Below are positions 20,605 through 29,532 of a DNA stretch of 64,000 nt, piece by piece. The notes under the pieces are model-generated. The model ran no database searches, was not told the DNA's origin, and saw only the letters and a list, made by a program, of their open reading frames with translations. The stretch's first letter is position 1. Every line of letters starts with the position of its first letter. The translations under genes and the position numbers were made by a program. This DNA comes from an uncultured delta proteobacterium (GTDB lineage Bacteria > Myxococcota_A > Polyangia > Fen-1088), in contig CAVYGB010000010.1 in NCBI GenBank assembly GCA_963767925.1, positions 1,056,001 through 1,120,000 on the forward strand, written 5' to 3'.

Positions 20605-21228
20605 TTGACCATGCAGATGAAGAAGCATCTGGCTGCCCCGGCGGTGGCCGTGCTGCTCGGCCTGGGCGCCGCGTGGCTGGTTTTCAGGGGCGATGGGGCG
20701 CGGGAGCAGGGTCGTGAGACCGGGCCCCCCTCGCGCCAGCCCGGGCGCACCCCCGCTGCGGCGAGCTCGCAGGCGCCTGCGCTCCGCACGCCGGTCTTCG
20801 CCAGCAACACCAGCTCCGATCTCGCCGCCGACGAGGCGACGCCGGGATCGCCCGCGTATCGGCCCCAGAAGTACCTCATGGCGATCGGGGTGAAGGGGAT
20901 CTTCGAGCGCGAGGCTCGGGACGAGCCCTGGGCTGCGCCGATGGAGAAGCACCTCTCCGCGGCGATCTCCCGCGACCTCGCCGCCATGTTGCGGGTCGAT
21001 CCGTCCGCCGTCTCCATGGAGTGTCGGACGACGGCCTGCAGGATGTCCCTCTCCGCCGAGGTCGACATGGCGCGCGTGCAGGAGCTCATGCGCGTCCTCT
21101 ATCTCTCGAACGGGGGCAGCACCGACCCCGCCACCCGGACTCATTACTTCCTGTTTTCGGGGACCGTCTTCGACCCCCACGGCGATCCGGCCCACACCAT
21201 CGCCAGATCGAGCGGCGGCGAAAGATGA
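20605..21228 (+). CDS. Hypothetical protein with N-terminal TM anchor
   Basis: TM helix; FEREARDEPWA...ECRTTAC motif. Confidence 0.6.
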   Translation: MTMQMKKHLAAPAVAVLLGLGAAWLVFRGDGAREQGRETGPPSRQPGRTPAAASSQAPALRTPVFASNTSSDLAADEATPGSPAYRPQKYLMAIGVKGIFEREARDEPWAAPMEKHLSAAISRDLAAMLRVDPSAVSMECRTTACRMSLSAEVDMARVQELMRVLYLSNGGSTDPATRTHYFLFSGTVFDPHGDPAHTIARSSGGER

Positions 21229-21307
21229 ACCTCTCGGCGATCGCCCGCCGCGTACCGATGTTCCTCGGGACCATCAAGCTCTTTCGCCCCGAGGAGTTTC
21301 CCCAGCC

Positions 21308-21961
21308 ATGAAACCCATCGCCATGTTCTTCGCGCTCGCAACAGCGACCTTCGCGGTCGCAGGCCTCTTCCTGCGGCGACCACCGTCCGGGTCGGGCCAG
21401 GCATCACGCGGCGGTGACGTCACGGCGGTGACGGCGTCGCACCCGATCACTAAAGTCCCGGCGCCGCTCGTGACACCGGCGGTCCGCACCGAAGGTGCCG
21501 CCCGGCGCGTACAGCCCCTCGGGCGCAGCCTGCTCGACGACGAGCGCTGGAACGATCTCCTGCGGGCGTCGATCTCCGATCCGCGGGCCAACCTGCTGAT
21601 CGGGGCCCTGGTGTCCTGGGTGTCTCAGCGATCCCGGCGCTGCCTGCCGTCCATCGACGAGGCGCGAGCGAGCTCTGCCGTGCGCGTTGTCGTGAGGATG
21701 TCTTCGACGGCCGAGAGCGCGGCGATCGATGGTCACGCCGCCGACGTCCGGGTCATCGAGGGCGCACCGCTCGACGAGAAGACACTCCAGTGCGTGCGAG
21801 AGGCGATCGCGGCCTCGGACACCGTCACGTTGGCGTCGATCGACCCTCAGAGGCTGGCTGCAGTGGCAAGCCGCCTCCCCAGAGGAACCCGGCCCTCGTT
21901 TCCCGACGGCTTCCAGGGATCGGCGGGCATGACCCTGAACGTCCGTTGCCGCGGCGGCTGA
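21308..21961 (+). CDS. Hypothetical protein with N-terminal TM anchor
   Basis: GAGGAG SD, TM helix, Cys pair. Confidence 0.55.
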   Translation: MKPIAMFFALATATFAVAGLFLRRPPSGSGQASRGGDVTAVTASHPITKVPAPLVTPAVRTEGAARRVQPLGRSLLDDERWNDLLRASISDPRANLLIGALVSWVSQRSRRCLPSIDEARASSAVRVVVRMSSTAESAAIDGHAADVRVIEGAPLDEKTLQCVREAIAASDTVTLASIDPQRLAAVASRLPRGTRPSFPDGFQGSAGMTLNVRCRGG

Positions 21962-21981
21962 AGATTTCGCGCTGGAGCTCC

Positions 21982-22293
21982 ATGGCAAACCGGTCGATCT
22001 TCACCCTGAAATACGAGGATCTGGTGACCGCTCCCGAAACGACAATCCAGGCGATGTTCGATCACCTCGGCGAGGAGACACCGGCGGGCTTCGTCCAGAA
22101 GGTCTTTGACCGCCCCCTCGAGCATGGCCCTCTGCACATTGGCCAGGGAGACCCAGGGATGCTCTCGGGCATGCGAAACCGCTTCGACCCGTCGAGCATC
22201 GGACGCTGGAGAAGCCTGAACCAACACCTCGTTCGAAGCGTGGCCGACCTCGTCAACCCCGGCCTCGCCTGCTGGGGCTATCAGACCGTTTGA
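21982..22293 (+). pseudogene. Sulfotransferase C-terminal fragment
   Basis: LKYEDLVTAPE...FDHLG and SIGRWR; no 5'-PSB loop. Confidence 0.7.
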
Positions 22294-22343
22294 GACGCCC
22301 CTGTGGGTGCGACGGCGTGACGTCGGGTTCGAGTGGGGACCTT

Positions 22344-22952
22344 CTAGCGGACGACGACGAGGACGTGGCCGGGGCCGCCTGCGACGCGATCGAGCTGGGT
22401 GGCGGGGACGTCTTCGGTGACGGCGGCTCCGACGGCTTCGTTGTCGTAGACGAGGGTCGGGGCATACTGGGCCTTGGTGTAGTCGAAGAGCTTCTTGAGC
22501 GAGCAGCCGGGGCCGTCCTCGTTGCCGATGTTGCTGCAGGCGGCGATGCTGTCGCCGAGCACGACGAGCCGGGCGGGCCGCGGACGGCCGGCCCCCGGGG
22601 ACCCGGGCACGGCGGGGGCTCCGCCCACGCCACCCGCGCCCCCCGCTCCCGCGGTCCCGGCGCCGCCGCTGCCGCCGGTCGCGCCCCCGCTGCCCGGTCC
22701 CACCCCGCCGCCGCTGCCGCCGGTCGCGCTGCCCCCGCCCGGTCCCACGGCGCCGCCGCCGCCAGCCGCGCCGCCCGTCCCGGGGTCGCGGCTCCCCCCT
22801 GCGCTCCCACCCGCGCCGGCCGCCCCGGGGCCTCCCCGGCCACCCGCCCCCTCCCCGGTGGTCGGCCCCGTGTGATCGCCTTCGCTACCACGGGCAAGGG
22901 CCAGGGCGGTGGCCAGCAGGCAGGCGGTGACCGGGACGCGGAGGGTATTCAT
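22344..22952 (-). pseudogene. Truncated secreted SGNH/GDSL hydrolase with Gly-rich linker
   Basis: Signal peptide, GG-rich linker, VVLGDSI block I; stops before blocks III-V. Confidence 0.6.
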
Positions 22953-23101
22953 AGGCTGACTTTTTTGTTCCGGTTCTAAACACAGGGCCCCGCCGAAAGG
23001 CAAAGCCCACGCGCCGCGCTGGCGGGTAGGCAGTACCTTTGAAAGCAGGGCACTTCCCTTGCGAGGGGGGATTCGCTGTTGCAGGTAGGCGGGTGGCCGG
23101 T

Positions 23102-24451
23102 ATGCGAGATTCCCTTCCGACGGGTGCGTCCGATGACCCGCGGCGCTGGCACGCAATCCTGGCCAGCCTCGAGGAGTCGGTGCGCGAAGCCCAGGCCGCC
23201 CTGGAGCGCGAGCGCCGCCGGGCCCGGCTTCTGGCCGACGTGAGCCGCAGCCTGGCACAATCTTTCGAGCAGCGGCCCGAGCGGCGGCTGCAGGCGGTGG
23301 CTGACCGGATCGCGCCCGAGCTGGCCGACTGGTGCCTGGTCGATGGTCCCGACGAGACCGGGCCGGATCGCTTCGTGCGCCTGGGCCTGGCCCATCCCGA
23401 CGCGGCCGACGCCGCTCTGCTCGACCGGCTGGGACGGCCGGGCAGCCGGGTCCAGGTGCGTTCCGACCCTCCCGGCCTCGTCACCCGCAGCACGGAGGGG
23501 GGCGCGTGGGGGCGGCGCAATCTGCTGCGCCTGCTCGGGGGCGACAGCCTCATCGGCGCCCCCCTGCTCGCGCGCGGCAAGCTGCTGGGCGCGCTGACCC
23601 TGGTGCGGGTGGGGCACCGCCCGCACCTGCTGCCCGCCGACCTCGAGCTGGCGGTCCAGCTCGCCGATCGCGGCGCGGCCGCGCTCGACTGCGTCTGCCT
23701 GCACCGGGAGGCTCAGGAGGCGCTTCACGTCCGCGACGAGTTCATGTCGATCGCCTCGCACGAGCTCAAGACGCCGCTGACCCCCTTGCAGCTCCAGATC
23801 CACACCCTGGAGAAGCGCACGCGCGACCTGGTCCGGGACGACAGCAGCGGCATCTGGCTGGAGGACCACCTGGCCACCATCCGCCGGCAGAGCGATCGGC
23901 TGGACCGTCTGGTGGGCGAGCTGCTCGACATGTCCCGCCTGATGCACGGGCGGCTGCACCTCGAGCTCGAGCGGGTGGACCTGCGGGAGGTCACCCGGGC
24001 GGCGGTGGCCGACTTCGCCGGGCGCACCGACCTGCCGCGCTCCGAGGTGCGGGTCGAGATCGCGCCTGGCATCATGGGGCACTGGGACCGCCTGCGGCTC
24101 GAGCAGGTGATCTCCCACCTGCTGTCGAACGCCCTCAAATACGGCCAGGGCCAGCCCATCACCATCGAGGGCCGGGTGGCTGGCGGGCAAGCCCTCTTCA
24201 CCGTCGAGGACCACGGCATCGGCATCGCGCCCGCGGACCAGGATCGGGTGTTCGGGCGCTTCGAGCGGGCGGTCCCCAGCCGGCACTACGGCGGGTTCGG
24301 CCTGGGCCTGTTCATCGCCCGCCAGGTGGTCGAGGCCCTCGGCGGGATGATCACGATCTCCTCCGAGCCGGGCAAGGGCGCGGCCTTCACGGTGAGCCTG
24401 CCGCTCGCCGGCCCCCGCCCCGGCGCCCCCGCGACCGGCGGGGTCACCTAG
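23102..24451 (+). CDS. GAF sensor histidine kinase
   Basis: ADWCLVD GAF, SHELKTPL, LLSNALKY, DHGIGI, GFGLGL. Confidence 0.93.
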   Translation: MRDSLPTGASDDPRRWHAILASLEESVREAQAALERERRRARLLADVSRSLAQSFEQRPERRLQAVADRIAPELADWCLVDGPDETGPDRFVRLGLAHPDAADAALLDRLGRPGSRVQVRSDPPGLVTRSTEGGAWGRRNLLRLLGGDSLIGAPLLARGKLLGALTLVRVGHRPHLLPADLELAVQLADRGAAALDCVCLHREAQEALHVRDEFMSIASHELKTPLTPLQLQIHTLEKRTRDLVRDDSSGIWLEDHLATIRRQSDRLDRLVGELLDMSRLMHGRLHLELERVDLREVTRAAVADFAGRTDLPRSEVRVEIAPGIMGHWDRLRLEQVISHLLSNALKYGQGQPITIEGRVAGGQALFTVEDHGIGIAPADQDRVFGRFERAVPSRHYGGFGLGLFIARQVVEALGGMITISSEPGKGAAFTVSLPLAGPRPGAPATGGVT

Positions 24452-24516
24452 CCACCCACCCCTTCCCACCTCCAGCGGCGGGCGGTTTCCGTCGTTCCCT
24501 CTGGGGAGATCTGGCG

Positions 24517-26112
24517 ATGAGCCTCGAAGGCAGCCTCGAGCACGTCCGCGCCGTCGATGTCGTGCAGTTCATCCACATCGGCCGGCGGACGGGCACCCTC
24601 AAGATCCGCAACCCGCCCAGCGAGGCGGTGCTGGGGTTCCGCGAGGGGCAGCTCATCAACGCCACGCTCACCGGCGCGCCCCGGCTGGGCGAGCTGCTCA
24701 TCCTGGCGGGGCTCCTCTCCCCCTCCGACCTCGAGTCCACCCTGGCGATCCAGCAGGGGCAGCACCCCCGGCGATCGCTGGGGAAGCTCCTCCTCGATCA
24801 GGGGCTGGTCCCCGATGGCCAGATCACCCAGCTCCTGGCCCAGCACTTCGCCAACGTCGTCCTCGAGGTGGTGAGCTGGCGCCAGGGCAGCTTCGAGTTC
24901 ACGCTCGACGACCTGTGGCCGGTCGAGGAGCTGAAGGCCTTCCCCGGCGACACCGCCGTACACGTCGAGGTCGACACCCGGGCGGTCCTGATGGAGGCGC
25001 TCGGCCAGGTCGATCGCCTGTCGCGCCAGGCGGGCGGCCGGGCGGCGGCCCGGGACGAGACCGGGGCCGGCGCCGCCCCCGGCGAGCTGCGCGAGGGCGC
25101 GCGCGAGCCCGCACCCGCCCCCGTGCGCCTGCCGCCCCAATCCCCCGCTGCCGCCGCCGACCCGGGCCCGGACGACGACCGCCACACCCTGCCCCGCGTC
25201 CAGGTGCTGAGCCGGGACGGCGGGCTCGCCGAACGGCTGTGCGCCGAGCTGCGCGAGGAGCGGACCCGCGTCACCACCGTCACCGCCCGCGACGCCGGCT
25301 TCTCCCTGCCGGGCGAGCCGCCGCCCATCGTCCTCGCCGACCTGCGCGACGGGGCCTTCGACGTCGACGCGATCCGCACCCTGCGGCGAGGGCGCCCGCG
25401 CGCCTCGGTCGTCGCCTATTGCCTGGCCCAGATCGGCCAGGCCCCCCTGTACGACGCCGGGGCGGTGGCCACCGTGCACGGCGAGGTGCCGGCGGTCGCC
25501 GCCTGCATCCGGAGCGTGTGCCGTTCCCGGGCGGAGCAGTCGAACGAGGCGCTCATCGCCCGCGGCCTCAGCGAGGGGTTCGCCCGCCTGCGCAAGGTGG
25601 TGAGCGACCTGCGCTCGGGCATGCTGGGCACCACCGTCTCGCTCAACCTGCTCACCGCCATCGCCGACTCCATCGAGCGGGCGATCCTCTTCGTCGTCGA
25701 GGAGGAGCAGCTCATCCCCGTCGGCTCGTTCGGCCTGCCCGTCCCCACCGACAAGCAGCCGGCGCTGAACCGGTCGCTGCGCCTGTCGCTGCGCGACCGG
25801 TCGGTGTTCGGCGCTTGCGCCGAGAGCGACCGGCCCCAGATCGTCCCCTACGAGGAGGCCACCTTGCCTGGCCCCTTCCGGGCGGTCGTCAACCGCCCCC
25901 GTTCGGGCCTGTGCGCCGTGTTCCCGGTGTCGGGCAGCCAGCGCGTGATCGCCATGATCTACGCGGACAACGGGGCCAACGACCGGCCGATGGCCGACGT
26001 GCAGCTCCTGGGCCTGGCCCTGTCGCAGCTCGGCCTGGCCCTGGAGAACGAGCTGCTGCGCCGGGCGCGCGACGCCTACCGGCAGTCGGCCCAGGACCCG
26101 GGCTCGCGCTGA
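24517..26112 (+). CDS. DUF4388 + REC-like + GAF signalling protein
   Basis: MSLEGSL...RRTGTL, RLGELL, WRQGSFEF, C-terminal IYADNG. Confidence 0.85.
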   Translation: MSLEGSLEHVRAVDVVQFIHIGRRTGTLKIRNPPSEAVLGFREGQLINATLTGAPRLGELLILAGLLSPSDLESTLAIQQGQHPRRSLGKLLLDQGLVPDGQITQLLAQHFANVVLEVVSWRQGSFEFTLDDLWPVEELKAFPGDTAVHVEVDTRAVLMEALGQVDRLSRQAGGRAAARDETGAGAAPGELREGAREPAPAPVRLPPQSPAAAADPGPDDDRHTLPRVQVLSRDGGLAERLCAELREERTRVTTVTARDAGFSLPGEPPPIVLADLRDGAFDVDAIRTLRRGRPRASVVAYCLAQIGQAPLYDAGAVATVHGEVPAVAACIRSVCRSRAEQSNEALIARGLSEGFARLRKVVSDLRSGMLGTTVSLNLLTAIADSIERAILFVVEEEQLIPVGSFGLPVPTDKQPALNRSLRLSLRDRSVFGACAESDRPQIVPYEEATLPGPFRAVVNRPRSGLCAVFPVSGSQRVIAMIYADNGANDRPMADVQLLGLALSQLGLALENELLRRARDAYRQSAQDPGSR

Positions 26113-26119
26113 GACGGCC

Positions 26120-26156
26120 TTCGAAGCAGTCGGGTTCCCGCTTCGCTCGGGCCCGA
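26120..26156. repeat. Short dispersed repeat (family B)
   Basis: ttcgaagcagtcgggttcccgcttcgctcgggcccga between convergent genes. Confidence 0.7.
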
Positions 26157-26161
26157 GCGGG

Positions 26162-26821
26162 TCACTGCACGAAGACGTTCGAGAGGGTCGAGGTGTTGCC
26201 GTCGCAGGCGTTCTTGCCGGCGTAACAGGTCCCGGGCACGAAGGCGGCGGCGCCCTCCGAGCTCAGGGTCGCCTCCAGCACCACCTCGATGCGGCCGTCG
26301 ACGGCCAGGCCGCGCGAGCGCACCACGATGGTCCCGTTGCCGTCGGCGAGCGGTTGCCCCTGGCGCAGCTCGCCGGTGTCGTTGCGGATCCAGACCGTGT
26401 AGGTCCCCATGGTCTTCGACACCGGCGCCTCGAGGCTGTCGCCGAGGCCGCGCTTGAAGCCGGCCGGGGGGAAGGGGACGTCGCGCAGCCGCGTCCCGTT
26501 GGCCAGAGTGTAGATGGCCCCCAGCCCGTTGGGCTGCCCCTCGTCGTCGACGCCGGCGGGCACGTTGTCGTAGGCGTCGTTGACCCCGGCGAGCAGGGTG
26601 CCGATGGTCCGCCCGCCGACGTTGAGGTCGGCGCGCACCGCCTCGATGCCCGCCTCGGCGACATAGAGGGCCTGGTTGCGCAGGTTGGCGTGGGCGCTGA
26701 TCTGCAGGTTGCCGCTGGTGAGCCAGAGGCCGGTCATGCCGAGGGCCAGCAGCCCCAGCATCACCAGCAGCACGGTCACCATGATGGCGCCGCGCTCGCG
26801 GACCCGTTTCGTGGTCGTCAT
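26162..26821 (-). CDS. pilX: Type IV minor pilin, PilX-like
   Basis: RERG|AIMVTVLL (no E5), QALYVAEAGIE. Confidence 0.8.
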   Translation of the reverse strand: MTTTKRVRERGAIMVTVLLVMLGLLALGMTGLWLTSGNLQISAHANLRNQALYVAEAGIEAVRADLNVGGRTIGTLLAGVNDAYDNVPAGVDDEGQPNGLGAIYTLANGTRLRDVPFPPAGFKRGLGDSLEAPVSKTMGTYTVWIRNDTGELRQGQPLADGNGTIVVRSRGLAVDGRIEVVLEATLSSEGAAAFVPGTCYAGKNACDGNTSTLSNVFVQ

Positions 26822-26828
26822 GTTTGCC

Positions 26829-28016
26829 TCAGTTGCGGGGGTAGACCGTCGCCGTGATGGTGCGGTAGCGGAAGGTGTCGGGGCCGGTGCCGGCGGCGCC
26901 ATCTTCGCTGGCCGGTTTCACGTTGCTGCTGATGTCCGAGAGCAAGGCGTCGGTGGTCAGCGAGCGGCCCACCAGCGTGATGCGGACGGCGTCGGGCCGG
27001 CCGCAGCCGGCGGGGAGCGGGTCCCCGCTGGTGTTGAGCACCCACTCGTCGCTGAGCTTGTTGGGTCCCTCGCGCAGCTCGCCGTCATCGGGGCTGTTGT
27101 CGCAGGCGTAGGCCACCTGCATGTCGACGATCCCCTCGGCCACCACCTGGGCGGCGCCGCCGTCGTCGAGGCGCTGCATGGTCAGGGCGGGCACGCCGCC
27201 TTCCCCACCGGTGGGGGCGACGGCGAAGCGGATCCAGTTCAGGGTCCCGAACTGCCGCACGCCGGTGCCGGCCGGGTAGTCGAAGGGGATCTGGGCGACG
27301 GCGACGCCGTCGCTGGCCGGGTTCCAGTCCGAGGAGCTGGCGTGGAGCAGCTCCTGGTTCGTCAGGTTGGTGTCGGTCACCCGGAACAGGCTGCAGCCCC
27401 GATCGTTGTAAAAGGGCGCCCCCCGGGTCGGCTCGACAAGGGAGCTGTCGAACAGCACGACGAACTCGTTGCGGCGGAACATGGTGGCCTGGCCCGCCCC
27501 GAGGCGGAGGGAGGTGGTGGGCTTGCCGACCGGGATGGCGGCGCTGAGGTCGGCGTCCTTCCAGCTCCCGAAGATCCCGCTGCCATAGGCGATGGTGAGC
27601 GTGTCGGGCGCGCCCGAGGCCCCGTTGCTGATCCAGATCGGGGGGATGCGCAGGCTGCCGAGGCCGCGGAAGTAGGCCCGCACGCCGGTGGCGGGGGCGG
27701 CGGTGAGGGGCATGGCGGCGGCCACCGGGCCGGGAGAGCCGGTGTCGGTGCCGAGGCCGTCGCTGTCGCCGCGCACGCAGCCGGCCATGCCGCTGCCCGC
27801 CGAGCGCACCATGCGCACCAGCATCTCGCTGGTGATGGCCAGGCTCTGCTGCACGTTGACCAGCTTGGACTGGGTGTCGTAGATGCGCTGCTGCCCGGCC
27901 ACGAAGGTGAAGGTGGAGGCCGCCACCAGCGAGGCGATGAGCAACGTGATGAGGAGCTCGACCAGCGTCAGGCCCGCCTCTCTGCGGCGGCCGGTCCGGA
28001 GCGCGGGGCGGCTCAC
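26829..28016 (-). CDS. pilW: Type IV minor pilin, PilW-like
   Basis: G|LTLVELLI prepilin motif, AEGIVDMQVAY, C-terminal PRN. Confidence 0.85.
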   Translation of the reverse strand: MSRPALRTGRRREAGLTLVELLITLLIASLVAASTFTFVAGQQRIYDTQSKLVNVQQSLAITSEMLVRMVRSAGSGMAGCVRGDSDGLGTDTGSPGPVAAAMPLTAAPATGVRAYFRGLGSLRIPPIWISNGASGAPDTLTIAYGSGIFGSWKDADLSAAIPVGKPTTSLRLGAGQATMFRRNEFVVLFDSSLVEPTRGAPFYNDRGCSLFRVTDTNLTNQELLHASSSDWNPASDGVAVAQIPFDYPAGTGVRQFGTLNWIRFAVAPTGGEGGVPALTMQRLDDGGAAQVVAEGIVDMQVAYACDNSPDDGELREGPNKLSDEWVLNTSGDPLPAGCGRPDAVRITLVGRSLTTDALLSDISSNVKPASEDGAAGTGPDTFRYRTITATVYPRN

Positions 28017-28489
28017 AGCACCTTTCTCCTCTCCGAGTCGAGACGCACCATCTTGGGCTTGCCGCTGTCGCTGTTGTAGGTGACCTTGACCGAGATGTTG
28101 TAGGGGAGGCCCACGCCGGTGTTGGTGACCTGCCACTCCCGTTTCCATCGGCACTTTGCCGTCCAGACGGTGGTGCCGGTCGCGCAACCCCCGTTGCCAT
28201 CGAGATATTCGGGGGTCGACCAGGTGCTGGCCCCGCCGGTGAGGGCGGCCCGCGCCGACAGCTCGTCGACAACCGGGGGACCCTCGGTCACGGTGGCGAT
28301 GCTGAACTGCTCCATGCCCTGGACCGCCAGCCGCATCGCCACCATGGCCTCGTTCGACTCGTAGGCGGCGCGCAGGGTCACCTGCTGCACCGCCACCGTG
28401 CCCATCAGGCCGATCATGCCGATGAGCAGCGCCATCAGGACCTCGAGCAACGTGAATCCCCGATCCGACCGCCGCCTGGCTTTCACCAT
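28013..28489 (-). CDS. pilV: Type IV minor pilin, PilV-like
   Basis: G|FTLLEVLMALLI. Confidence 0.85.
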   Translation of the reverse strand: MVKARRRSDRGFTLLEVLMALLIGMIGLMGTVAVQQVTLRAAYESNEAMVAMRLAVQGMEQFSIATVTEGPPVVDELSARAALTGGASTWSTPEYLDGNGGCATGTTVWTAKCRWKREWQVTNTGVGLPYNISVKVTYNSDSGKPKMVRLDSERRKVL

Positions 28490-29055
28490 TTCCTCCTCAG
28501 CGCGACCTGGCCCGACAGCGGCGCCACGTCCACCCGGAACTTCCGCTCCGGGTGATTGTCCTTCACGGTGTCGTTGTTGATGTAGAGGTACACGGCCGCG
28601 GGGCTTCCGGGGGCCGTCGGCCCGATGAATCCAGCACCCATCGTGCCAAACACGATCTGCTTGCTGGTGGTGGTCGACAGGTTGAACGAGGGGGTTGAAG
28701 CGCTGCCCGTGACGTCGAAGATGTTGACCCCCATCCCGCCGCGGATGGTGTGCAAGATCGGGTCGGCGGCGGTGGGGGCGAGGAGGGGGGAGGTGGGCGT
28801 GGCCCCCGGCCGGGCGGCCCGGATCTCGATCCGGTTCGAGTAGATGAAGGCGTGACGCGGGAGCCGGGTTGTCACCGCCTCCATGCGCGCGCGCTGCAGC
28901 TCCTGGGTGATCTCCTGGGCGAAGCTTCGACCGGTGGCGGCGGCGCTGTCCCGTCCGAAGCCCGGGACCGCCGCGGCCGCCGCGGTCCCCATCACCGCGA
29001 CGACCACCATCAGCTCCGACAGTGTGAACCCTGCGTCTGCGCTCTGGCGGCTCAT
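28483..29055 (-). CDS. fimU: Type IV minor pilin, FimU/FimT-like
   Basis: G|FTLSELMVVVAV, ELQRARMEAV. Confidence 0.8.
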   Translation of the reverse strand: MSRQSADAGFTLSELMVVVAVMGTAAAAAVPGFGRDSAAATGRSFAQEITQELQRARMEAVTTRLPRHAFIYSNRIEIRAARPGATPTSPLLAPTAADPILHTIRGGMGVNIFDVTGSASTPSFNLSTTTSKQIVFGTMGAGFIGPTAPGSPAAVYLYINNDTVKDNHPERKFRVDVAPLSGQVALRRKW

Positions 29056-29071
29056 GCTACAGGGGAGGAGC

Positions 29072-29087
29072 TGCAAGCAAGAGACCA
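29072..29087 (-). promoter_or_regulatory. Candidate sigma54 (-24/-12) promoter
   Basis: TGGTCTCTTGCTTGCA = TGG-N8-TTGCA just upstream of fimU. Confidence 0.45.
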
Positions 29088-29255
29088 CCTGTTCCTACGC
29101 CGGGTCGTCAGGGCGGCGGGGTGCGGTGGCCTCGCCCCCGGTGCGCATTCGCGGTGTCTGGCGCAGGCTCCGACCGGGATGTCACGCCGCCCGGGCAGCG
29201 GCCGCCGCAACAGTGTTGCCTGTCTCGCGCAACAACCCGCCCGGGCGCGGGCCCC

Positions 29256-29516
29256 TCAGAGCTTCGCGTAGGGCTCGAGCTCGGTGGCGTATTTTCCAGC
29301 AGGTCGGGGGGCGCGACGACCTTCTCGCCGGTCAGCAGCGCCTCGATCATCTCGGCGTTGGCCGGGGCCTTGCCGGAGCTGGTGACGGCGTGGACCTCTT
29401 CGGTCTCGGCGGCGAGCTGCCGGATGCGCTCGACCCAGGGGGTCAGCTCGTGGGGCTGGTAGAAGTTGTCCCCTGCCAGTCGGGTAGTCCCAGCCCGCCG
29501 GTCCGACGCGAATCAT
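29256..29516 (-). pseudogene. DUF72 (YecE-like) gene with large internal deletion and frameshifts
   Basis: MIRVGPAGWDYP start; other frames give ELTPWVERIRQLAAETEEVHAVT..GKAPANA..LLTGEKVVAP and ELEPYAKL. Confidence 0.7.
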
Positions 29517-29532
29517 CCCAGCAATATGGACC

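Noticed and set aside
23068..23083. GG-N10-GC upstream of the GAF kinase as a sigma54 promoter
   Set aside because: The -24 half is a G run lacking TGGC; likely chance.
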